A DNA stretch of 63,260 nt, the filler included, from Reticulomyxa filosa (taxonomy: Eukaryota; Protista; Foraminifera), in the NCBI GenBank assembly GCA_000512085.1. It is 12 parts of 12 records of this genome, joined end to end, with 100 filler letters (N's around TTAATTAATTAA, not from the genome) between each part and the next. Parts side by side here need not be neighbours in the genome. Positions count along the whole stretch, not along the records: positions 19,014 to 21,246 come from ASPP01035850.1; positions 21,347 to 22,960 come from ASPP01033606.1; positions 23,061 to 37,677 come from ASPP01019161.1; 9 more parts are not named here. The stretch is one strand, 5' to 3'. The notes under the pieces are model-generated. The model worked only from the letters and a program-made list of their open reading frames with translations, was not told where the DNA came from and made no database searches. Position numbers and translations under genes: made by a program. Below are positions 19,014 to 29,888 of the stretch, one piece after another. Each line of letters begins with the position of its first letter. Position 1 is the first letter of the stretch.

Positions 19014-21246
19014 TGCATTGTAAGAAAGATGAAATTACTTTCTTGATTTGGATGTCGTCTTGGAAAGATCCACCAAATTTGTGTTTGATCCACGTGTAAA
19101 CGATAATCCCAATATTGTAGATACACCCGATATTGTTTCCCGAACCAATTTCTTCATGCGTTTTTTGCATTGCTACTATTCGTTGCCGCTAATGTTGTTT
19201 ACATGAAGGATCACATTATTATTATTTTCTGGATATCGTTTACACGACAATTTTCTTGTTGTTTTTGTGACGCTTCGGCGTGTCTTCTTCTTCTTCACTT
19301 GCAGTTCCATTATCTCCATTTCTTGTCAACTTAGCATATTTGAGTTATTGTGAAAACAAATAAATTAATTCAAATTGTTTAGAGAAAGACAAAAATAATC
19401 AATGTTTTGTTAACTTCAATATTCTTTTAAAAAGTATTCAAATCAATGCGACTAATCATTTCATGCCAATTTTACTTGGCTGGCAGTATACTACGATATA
19501 ATATTTTCCACCAAATCGACACCAATTATATCTTGGAAATGTTTCAATGCATCGTTGGTGTGTCGATATCTAGGGGATCACAAATAGCATAACTTTATAT
19601 GTAAATGACGACTGATATTTGATTGATTATGCGCGTTGTTGAGTTGGAGTGCATTGAATGAAAGTAATGCATGCTAACGTGAGTATTGCTATCTAATTGA
19701 GCACATAACATTTCATTTTGATTTGTGTTTCATTTTCATAAATATCCATAACCACTTATAGTTTTATTGAAACAAATGTCAAATCATTTTAGGGATTTGT
19801 TGTTTGGTCCTTTTCACTCACGCTATTTCCTTTCTTTTCTCGATAATTTACATCTATCGCCACGTTATATTTCTTGATATGATCAATATGTCACTAATGC
19901 TATTGGCCTCCTTTTTTGCTTTTTTTTCTCCTCTTTCCTTAATACTCTTTTTCTTTTTCTTCTTCTTGTCCTTTTTCTTTTTCTTCTGCTTCTTGTCCTC
20001 GTTCTTCTTGTTCTTGTTCTTGTCTTCCTCTTTCTCTTTTTTTCATTCCAAACCTAAAGTATATCATTCTACAATGAAAAGGTCAATGTTCATATTGTTT
20101 TGATTAAGACATAATACAACAACTTAAAATATGATAAAAACAATATATACCTTCAAATAGAACAATTGTCTTTATCGTCTTCTGTATTCACTCATAATAC
20201 CGGTTACATTTTAATCAGTGATGCCATTGTGAATTGCTTATCGTGTGCCAATTGATAATTTGTAAAGCCAATCTCAAGATTGTTGAGCACGATCCGTATT
20301 TTTTTGTTTTCTGGACATTGTCAAATGCGCTTGTTTCCATATCTTTTTCCAGCAGAATGATACATTTACTTGACAACGGCGATATTAATAAACTGGAAGC
20401 TGTGCTAATAAGTCGATTAGCCATATTCGATATGATTGTTTGTGGCAGCACGATTTAAAGACATCCAGCTTGTAAAATTGTAAATGTTCTATAATGTTAT
20501 AAGTATATTTTTAGATTAATTTTTTTTAACAACATAAATAAAAAAAGGATAAATACTTAACTTTGTTGTTATCCTCGCATGAAAACAAATAAATAAAAAT
20601 ACAAACATATACGTTTTTTTGTTTGAGGAGGAATTCCTATTTCTTCACAAACACAAAAACCACATTATATAATAAAAGAACATACAAAAACATAAATATA
20701 AAAATAAACATACTTTTTTTTCTCCTTTCGGAGACGGGGTGGATTTCGACCCCGATTTTATTTTCTATTTTTTATTTTTTTTTGTGTGGTGAGTGGAGAC
20801 AATCATAGAACAATCTTTGCGACGAGGGAACCTATAAACAAAACACATAACATTTGGACGTATATAAAAAAAAAGGATATAAATAAAACAAACCTTTATT
20901 TCTCCTTTCGGAGACAGGATGGTTTCTGCCCCGTATTTTCTTTTTTTTCTAATCACATTGGAGAATTCTATTGATACAATCACACATATATACTTATAGG
21001 TTGAACATAAACAAAAAGAAAATATTTTACCTTATCTGGTGTCAAGTTTTGCAACAACCACAACGATAAATGGTGAAAACATCCAATTCATTCAATAATT
21101 TGTACACTTTGTTCAATTCCAAGCTCCACATGTATACTATAATCAAATCACAACTAAAAGATAATGTATATATCGAAGAAGCAATAAAAAAAAGATAACT
21201 TACCAATATTATATGGCCGACGTTTAGATTTGATGCCAATGGAATT
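19014..21246 (-). pseudogene. Degenerate multi-exon gene of unrecognised family spanning the contig
   Basis: Series of AG/GT-bounded coding-like segments, including an E/K/Q-rich tract at ~19920-20045 and VLPQTIISNMANRLIS.., broken by stops and frameshifts. Confidence 0.35.
20620..20950 (-). repeat. Tandem duplication (~180-bp period) of a GC-rich core in AT-rich spacer
   Basis: TCTCCTTTCGGAGAC at 20721 and 20901, followed by GGGGTGGATTTCGACCCCG and AGGATGGTTTCTGCCCCG respectively. A second shared block lies at ~20622 and ~20816. Confidence 0.75.
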
Positions 21247-21346
21247 NNNNNNNNNNNNNNNNNNNNNNNNNNNNNNNNNNNNNNNNNNNNTTAATTAATT
21301 AANNNNNNNNNNNNNNNNNNNNNNNNNNNNNNNNNNNNNNNNNNNN
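21247..21346. other. Artificial contig-joining spacer
   Basis: N44-TTAATTAATTAA-N44. Confidence 0.98.
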
Positions 21347-22886
21347 GGGATTGGCATGATTGAAGGAGGGAAAAAATGCTATCAAGGAGTGCTAGTTTTG
21401 ATTGTCAAAGATATTATTTCACAAGCGGAAAACGAAGTAATGGACGAATTCCAAAACAAAATCGAACAAGTTCGACAACAAAGCCAAATGCAAAAGAATG
21501 ACGCCGGAGATGCTGATTGCAACTTTTTTTTGATTAAGATGTACAAAGGTATACTTGTTTTGGATTGTTGTGCAAACAATAGATACAAAACAAAACAATA
21601 TCGTTAAATAAATGTGGTTTGGCTTGTATATGTGTATGTATACGTTATGGTACTTTAACTGACAGGCAACTGCATAACACTTCCATCTCCTCCTTTAGGA
21701 ACAGAGCGATTTTTTGAGACCTATGAAGTTTATTCAAATTGCACCAAGAAAAAAAATAGACATATATGTATATGTATGTACATATCAATATGTATGCATA
21801 TTGATAAAAATATGGATACACAAAGGAGCTACGAAGAGTAATCGAAAAAGTAGAAAATGAAAACGACGAAAAAAGCAATGTGGACTTCCAAGGAACTCAT
21901 CATAATGACGGTGGTGTGAATTTTTTGCAATTCATCAAGTTAGTAATGAGCAAGATTGTAGCAAAAGATTGGAATCATTTCGATGATCAGTTTACTTCGA
22001 TTCGTGTCGAAGTTTATAAATACCTTCAAAGAAAATTCTAAAAAGACATTTATAAAAAAAAACCATTGTGCAGCAAATTTTGTTTTGTTTGTTTAATGAA
22101 TGAAAATAGAGACTACGAGAGTCTTTGGATCAAGCGATTATCACAGGAACATATGAAAAAGGGACAAAATCCCATGTTGATAGGGAAGACATGGAAAATT
22201 TGCAGGACTTAAAAACTAATGCACCTATTGTAGTGACTTACGATGATGTGCACAACGAAAAAGAAAATATCATTCGAATTTCTGGTAAGAAATTGTTGAT
22301 TGCTCGCAAAACAAGTTTTGACAAATTACAAAAAATGATACAAGTTAAACTTTGTGTGCATATATACTTACTCATTGCTATTTTTATTATTATTACATTT
22401 GTGCAAAATAACTAGGAAGAAATAAAAGAAGAAAATATCGGGAATTTGCAAGAGAGATTCATTTGTGCGTTAAAGCGCATTGACGATGAAGGATTAAATT
22501 TGCGCAATTGCGTGCATCAATTATGGTGTGAGTTTGACAGCTCCGTCTTGAAACGAAGCTACAATACGTACAAACTCGCTTCTCGTGTGTTTCAGTTATT
22601 TGTCCAATGCGTGTTTGACCGAAGAAAGGCAAGAGTGAAAGAATGGATCGACGTCAACACACGTGCACTGAAGAGCACCGAAAAAGTGGAGGGATTGCTT
22701 AGATCCATGGAACAGCAATTTGAACACGTTCAGCGCACGTGCGTGAACCCTTGTGATATGTCGTGCAAAGAATGCCATTTTAATTGTCTGTTACTCGGAG
22801 ATCATAGCAAAGAGGAGCACAACTGCTTGCAGCTCGAGCACATTTGTAAAGAGAAGTGCGATTTCTGCATCAAAGACAATGTGCAA
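21347..22886 (+). CDS. Internal fragment of a large GBP/VLIG-like GTPase protein with Cys/His-rich repeats
   Basis: YQGVLVLIVKD (G4-like strand ending KD), NFFLIKMYKG and GVNFLQFIKLVMSKIVAKDWNHF, then a helical region and C-x3-C-x2-C-x3-C-x5-H units (PCDMSCKECHFNCLLLGDH..HNC..HICKEKCDFC). Family assigned by recalled resemblance to fungal/amoebal proteins; the P-loop is not in the contig. Confidence 0.5.
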
Positions 22887-22960
22887 GTGGGGCATATATT
22901 CAATAGGGGGAGAGGAGAGGAGGGAAAAAAAAAGCAAACAAACAAACAAACAAACAAACA

Positions 22961-23060
22961 NNNNNNNNNNNNNNNNNNNNNNNNNNNNNNNNNNNNNNNN
23001 NNNNTTAATTAATTAANNNNNNNNNNNNNNNNNNNNNNNNNNNNNNNNNNNNNNNNNNNN
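22961..23060. other. Artificial contig-joining spacer
   Basis: N44-TTAATTAATTAA-N44. Confidence 0.98.
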
Positions 23061-23516
23061 TTTTTTTTGAAGATCAAATTTATTCCAAATGCCCAAATAC
23101 TTCAAAACAGTACCACAAAAAATAATATTCAATGGAATATTTTGTTGATGAACCAATTGAATAATATTATGAAATGTATTTGGTTGTTTTAATTCAGAAC
23201 ATCTTTTAATTGCAGCAGCATAAATACTTAGATCTTGAGAATAAGAATTTCGAACAAATTGAATAATATCATTGGTTGTTGTCATTTGTTTAATCAATGA
23301 TCTTTCATGATGTGATTGTGGAGATGGTATTGATTTTGTTAATGCTCCTTTTTGTCCTTGTAATTTTTTCTTAAATTCATCAGATTCGTGCTGTTGTTCC
23401 AAAAAAACTTTATATTGACCGCTCTGTCGTAGAGAATTCATAAAGATGGGAGTGAGAGTTGATTTGTAGTGCAGAGGCATGGATAAGAACATATTCTTGG
23501 TTATTGTTTTTATCAT
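23061..23516 (-). CDS. Pentatricopeptide-repeat (PPR)-like protein, 5' part
   Basis: ~35-aa helical units DLSIYAAAIKRCSELKQPNTFHNIIQLVHQQNIPL and NIIFCGTVLKYLGIWNKFD. Acid-free N-terminus resembles a mitochondrial presequence. Truncated by spacer. Confidence 0.65.
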
Positions 23517-24813
23517 TTTTAGGTTTTGTTACAAATCCTCTTTTTTGTTGTGAACGTTCCAAAAACAAATTACAAGTTGTTTTTTTACATAAAGAGATAT
23601 TAATGGAACTGTGGCTTTTTTTTTGTATCGTGTTGAACTCTTTATACTAATTATGAAACATATAAACAACTACTGATTGAAAAAGGTTTGTTCATAGTGT
23701 ACAAACAAATTAATAAATCGTCATTACTATCGTTTTATTTTATCTATTGTATTGCTTTAAAAAATTGTCAAATTACGGGGACGGTCACAACTAAATTTTT
23801 TTAAAATCAATAAAATATTCAATTTTTCAAGATAAAATGAAAATGAAGCGTATTTAAACTTCGTGGCTGTAGATATTTTTTAAACAAAAAAATTTTAACT
23901 GCTTTCAATTTTTTGAATGTGATATTGTAAGACGTCAGCCAGAAAAGAGTTCGCACTAAATGTAATACGAAAGTGCTTTTTTGCTCAAAGAGCCTGATTG
24001 TCAACAAACAAGTAAATTAAAACAAATTAAAGAGAAATGAGGAAAATAAAACAAGGCAAAGTGAAGAAGGTTGTAAAGGAAGTTTAACCCACTGGGGGTT
24101 CCTCGGGTCCTCCCGAGTTCAAACCTTTATAATAGGGACTTGTACTACAGTTGTAATAAGAGCTACTTGTAATTTCTAGAATTAAGCATGTAGCAAATAA
24201 TGTGAAAAGAATTTTTGATGTTGTAATCGAATTTGCAATATTATTAATTTTTTTGTTTATGATTCTTAGTATTTAGTTATGTTTTATCATTTTAGATATT
24301 ATTTTACACAATTTTAGTTATTTGAGAGAAAGTTATTTTATAGATTTACAATTACAAATTAGTGCTTAATATTACAATAACTGTTCCAATTCTACAATTT
24401 AAGACAAATTATTTATATTTAAAAAATTAGTAAAAAATGAAAACAAAAAAAATGTTACTTATCGACAATAGGCTATTGTCACAATAGACGTAATAGTTTT
24501 CAAAGAAAAAATTTTATATAAGAGTTCATTTGTTCTCATTTGCAAGGCCACAAAACTTACTAATTGAAACAAAAAAGAAAAAAAGTATTACACTTTGAAG
24601 CGCATGATGTTTTCTCAAAGCTGTTAAAGGACATGCTACTACATTTTCAAGAATATATGCTCATTTACAAAAACTCCAACCTGAAAACTGGAATACTATC
24701 ACACATTTCCCTTTCTTACTATTTTTCCTTTTGTCGTATTGAAGAAACCACAACAGATTCAGAAAAACGAATGCTTGTTTGTGTACTTTTACATTAGTTA
24801 TGTTAAACTTAGA

Positions 24814-27800
24814 TCAAACAATGGAAGTAAGATGTCTGAGGAAACCATGATTGATACCTCGGTTTGAGGGATCAAACAATTTTTGATTCAGCACCTGCGC
24901 GTGTTTTGCATCAACAACTTGCCATTGTCTTAACCTTTCGTCTAAAAACTCAATTGTTGCGACCTGCCCTTGGGACCATGACGTCATCAATAGCACATCA
25001 GTATGTCCTTCATCAAACCAAAGCAAGGAAGATTTATTGCTGTAATTTTGATAGCTCAAAGGTGGCAAGAACCTCCAAACATTTTTATAAGGGTCGTACG
25101 CCTCGACAACATTAGAGTTGTTTCCAACGCACACAATCGACGTACGCGGCTTCCAATGACACATTAAAACGCCACTTTTGGCGATTTTCATTGATCTGCA
25201 CGATGTCCAGTCCAATCGCTTTAACGAATCCATATTTCGAAACTTGTCCATACGTAAATACTCTACGCTGCTCAAGCGTGTGGAATCACACATCCCACCT
25301 GTTTTTTTGTTTTGTTTTTTACGATGTATGTTATTGCAGATATGTGTATACACAAGCGTGTATACCAGCGACAAAGACAATGTGTTCATCCCATGCGACA
25401 ACGCCATGGCCACTTCGTTTTTGTTGCATTGTTGGGCCTTTGAACCATTCATCATCGGCAAATTCTTGTTCGTAAAAAAAGTGTTGTTCCTCCTCTGCAT
25501 CATTATCGCGGTCGCGATCACTATCGCTGCAATTGCTCGATTGAGCGGAAATCTTCAAAACGGCCGATTTGGAGTACCTTTCATGACCGGACACGCGCAG
25601 AGGAGCGGCGTCGGGAGGAAAGCGATATGACATTCGCGTAGCGTGGTTGCTATTGTACGAAGACGAGCGAGACAACAAAGGGTGATGATGAGGAGAAGGC
25701 TGAGTGGCTCCATCTTTGGCAGCCTTGTCGTTGGAAATGAGCGAAAGTCGCTTTGGAATGGGCGCAGCACCAGACAGCCTTTTTTCGTGAGGAGTGATAG
25801 ATTTCCGTTGCGTGTTGGATTTGTCATTGTGCTCCATTTTCGATTTTTTGTATTCTTGGATCATCCACGGCGCATAAAAATAAGTGGTGTTGAAGGACTT
25901 GCACTCCATTTCCAACCCGGCAAACTGTGCGCCCCCACATAGTACCAGCGTACTGCGATAGCCTTCCCTTGTCACACACCCTCCAAAATCGAAAGTGTCT
26001 GTGAATGGCAAATCGGTGCAATGTACAATGTCGCCAGTGTAGCCGTGAATGCACTCCAATTTCAAGTTGTCATTAGACATTGCAATGTCCCCACCATAGC
26101 GAAATATTACCGGGGTCAAGTGACGATGGTAATGCAAGTGCGTACATCTTTCATTGCTCTCGCACACCCTCGGAGTCATTGCCGTGGGCATTTTTTTGGG
26201 ACTCGCGTTGGTATCATACTTTGGAGACAAGGGCAACAGGTGGGACACACTGTTAATAGGCATGTTTAGCAATTGTGCCCAGTCAAATATCCCTTTTTGT
26301 CAGTACATACACACACACAACACAAATATACGTATACGTATACGTATATCTTTTATTTTGTAACAAAAGAACCTGTGCAAAGAGCGGAGCCATAAATGTA
26401 ATCAAAGTGATTTTTACCATTCCATACAACGTGATTGGTGGAAAATGACAATCGCATATCGTGATATTTTGACTTTTTGGTATTTGTGTGATGATTGTCA
26501 GGAAAGGAGGACATATCGGTGTCACGCACGACGTCGTGATGTTCGTGTGAATCCTGTGGAAGCATGGCGTGTCCGGGCTCGTTATCACTACTACTAGCGC
26601 TGCTTTGTCGAAACAGTTTTTCTTTGTCCTTGCTTTTACTGCGACTGACGCTACGACTCATTTCGCGATGTGTTTCCGTCGTTTGAGACGTGGGTGTGGC
26701 TGCAATTGCAGCTGGAGAGGTCTTTTTCTTTCGTCCAATCTTCAATTTGTTCTTCCAACTCTTTTGTTTGACTGTCTTGCCATTATGCCAGCCATGGCTG
26801 TGGAAACGACCTCCGGAACAGGACTGCCATTGCTATTCTCGTCATTGTCGCTTCCGCTACTGCTCTTGCTTTTGCTTTTGCTTTTGCTTCGGCTCTGACT
26901 TCTGCTCTTGCTCTTACTGCCACTGCGACTCCGCTGGCGTGTCTCCTTGTCTTTTTCATGCGTTGTCGTCGTAGGTGTCAACACGTTACGAGTGCGACGA
27001 CTGGCGCGATTGTGTGTATCCTTCTTTTGCGAGTCCATCTGCTTCAATGATGTGCTCTTTTTTAGCAATGAAAACAGTTTATTGTGGCTATCACTGCTGC
27101 TGATCTTCAAATGCGTTTTTTTCGTCGCTTCGGCACTTTTTTTTTTTTTTGTTTTTTTTGTTTTTTTTGCTCGGTGGACTCGTCTTTGCTGAGCGATTGG
27201 CTTTTTTTGTTGATTCGTGATTTGGGTTTTTTCGAAACAATTGAATTAGGCTGTTTTGTTTTTTTGTTTTTTTTAGTGTGTGTTCGTGGCTTGCATTGGA
27301 ATTGATATTGGAATTGATACTGAGATTGATATTAGGATTGGTATTGGTATTGGTATTGACATTGGCATTAACTTGGTATTAGGCAAAGTTGATGGAATAG
27401 TCGTAGCAAAAGATTCTTGGTCTTGCGTGGCATGCTTCAATTGTTTAACTTGATACTTTTGTTGATACAATTCCAAGGATCGTCGATGCGCCGCAGTGAT
27501 AACTTCGTAGTAATCTATTTTGTTTTTTTCTATTTCAAATTCATCTTCACTTTCATTCGAATCATCTTCGTCATTGTCGTGTCTCTCGCCATCCAATTCC
27601 GCTTGTTTTTCTTCGCTGTCGCTGTTGTGCAGACGTCCCATCCTTCTTTTGTTTGTCTGTTGCAATATACATATCCAATATTACCACCCCTTTGTGCGAA
27701 CATGTACATGATATATACTTGTACATCACGCGTATGTATATATGTACAATAGAACAGAGTAGGAAAAATTAAACGTCTTGACGGAAAGACACGTGATCGG

Positions 27801-29396
27801 GATTCCATTCAAATGGACCTCGGGGATTGGGCAGGAAGTAGTGAATGGTTTGCAAGGGACAATTGCGAGAGTTGTTTTCAAAAATGAATGCGAGCAGTCC
27901 GTGATCGAATCTGTGAACGTGATAACACGTAATCAAATGGAAAAGCGAGTGTTTCAGCTTTGCTTTCGATTTGATTGTGTCGCCAATGGCAGTGGTATTT
28001 GCAATGGACGTATTTGTTGTGGTTAAAATGTCATCGAAAAACAAATGACAGGGAATAAGGAACAGCTTGCAATAATAAATGAGAAACAATCGACATTTTT
28101 CATCGACGTAGTTTTTACAATCGTATTCCAATTTTTTTTATAAAAGTGTGGAATACCACTACTTAATCGACGATTGTCCATTGGGACTGATGCTCCTGCA
28201 CGACGATCATATACTTGGCCTTTGCTATTTATTCTTGGTTTTTCTTCATTTTGCTTTTGTTCTGATTTATTTTTGTCTTTTATTTTTTTTTCTTTTTCCT
28301 TTTTATCTTTTTCTTTTTCTTTTTCTTTTTCTTTTTCTTTTTCTTTCTCTTTTGCTTTCACTTTTGTCTTCTTTTCTTTTCGCTCGTCCTTCCTCGTTTC
28401 CCGCTCTCGATCCATTGCAAGACCAGCTACAGTCGTAGCTGCAGCGGTCATTACACTCGCGCTCGAACTCGCACTGACATTGGCCAGTGTTGGACTGTTC
28501 CGATACGACAATGGCGTCACTTCGGCGCTACTTGTCGGTGACAAACGTACTCCCAGCATTCCAAACTTGTGTTTGTCACTTGGCAATGGCTCCTTTATTC
28601 GGATTATTTGCTTTTCGATATTGCTATCATTCAATTGAATTTTTAATACACTGCCATTATTATTATCATTATTATTGTTATTATTTGAATAATTCACAAT
28701 GTTTTCATTGAATGAATTCACATCCGGTGTAATTTGATCCTTTTCAATCGCATGCAGTTCAATGTCGTTATCCTCATTGTCACTATCGACGTCTACCACG
28801 TAATATGCATCTGCTTCTTTGGTTGTCATTCGAAAATATTCTGGAATTTGTTCTTTTTCTTTTTCTTTTTCTTCCTCTTCTCCTCCTTCTTTGGGTGATT
28901 CCAAGTCTTCTTCATCCTCTTCTTCTTCTTTTTCTATTGCTGCTACTGCGTCTACTCCCTCATCTTGTTTTTTTATTATATTCACAGTCGTCTCCTCTCT
29001 TTGTGCATTCGGCTGTGCTGACGCCAGTGTTCCTATCTCTTTTTTGTGCAGTCGTATATTCTCAATGGACGATATGGTAAGGGGAAGGTCAATAGACGGA
29101 GAAGGGGGATAGTTCATCTCATTTGGTGCACTCTCTTTCAGTGCGTATATTTCCGGGGATTTCAAAAACCCTGGATCTTCGGTCAATGGCCGTGGAGATG
29201 TTGCATCCTCTGGCTTATTTGGATAGTGATGAGTTATCGCATGAAACGATGAATTACTAGTTCCTGAGGGTTCGGACGTGCCTGGGGTGTGCTTCTTTGA
29301 CGCTATGTTCGTTATCACTTTCTTGAAGAGATTACCAAAAGAACGATCTGACGTTGTTGGAGAATTATTCTCTTTATTGCTATTATCGCTTGACAT
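24814..29396 (-). CDS. Large multi-exon protein with low-complexity N-terminus and C-terminal Kelch-type propeller
   Basis: Kelch-like WFKGPTMQQKRSGHGVVAW..FVAG|GMCDSTRLSSVEY, WTSCRSMKIAKSG and VEAYDPYKNVWRFLPPL. Upstream same-strand ORFs (28023-29396, 27273-27665, 26742-27110, 26353-26745, 25331-26272) are joined tentatively and could be two genes. Confidence 0.65.
28283..28380 (-). repeat. (GAAAAA)n coding microsatellite giving a KE-repeat tract
   Basis: Plus strand (TTTTTC)n; translates as KEKEKEKEKEKEKDK. Confidence 0.8.
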
Positions 29397-29888
29397 TTTT
29401 ATATTTTTTTAGCAGTTGACGAATACATGAAATTAGTTTCTTTTTTTTCTCCCGGTGGTCGTTGTCTCTTGTTTAAGGACATGACGTTGACTACTTTTTT
29501 TCACTTGCTATATGTTTTTCATTTTCAACTTAAGTTGCTATGTATGATTAATCATTCCATCCAATAAAAAAAAAGTGTAAAACGTACGTAAAATGATTTC
29601 CTTTTCAAATTAAAGGGATACCAAAGCATACTATCAATATTATAGTTATATTGCCTGTGTGCAAACAATACATTTAAAAATGTTATAAAAAATGAAGAGT
29701 GTGTAAGTTTTGAGATCCGAAATTCGTTGAAAACTGATATATCGTAGAGGATTTTCAAAAGAGATGAAGAGCTTTACACAATAAGTTTTTTAGTTGTACG
29801 TTGCAGTCTTTTTTTAAAAAAGGGATTTCTTTTAGTTTTTTTTGGTATGAGAATTGATCGTATTTCAGCTTGTCACTCTGAAGTTTCG

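Noticed and set aside
23940-24002. Hammerhead ribozyme reading of the dispersed element (GAAA..hairpin..CTGAT)
   Set aside because: The core reads CTGATTG rather than CTGANGA, stems II and III do not form, and copy A lacks CTGA.
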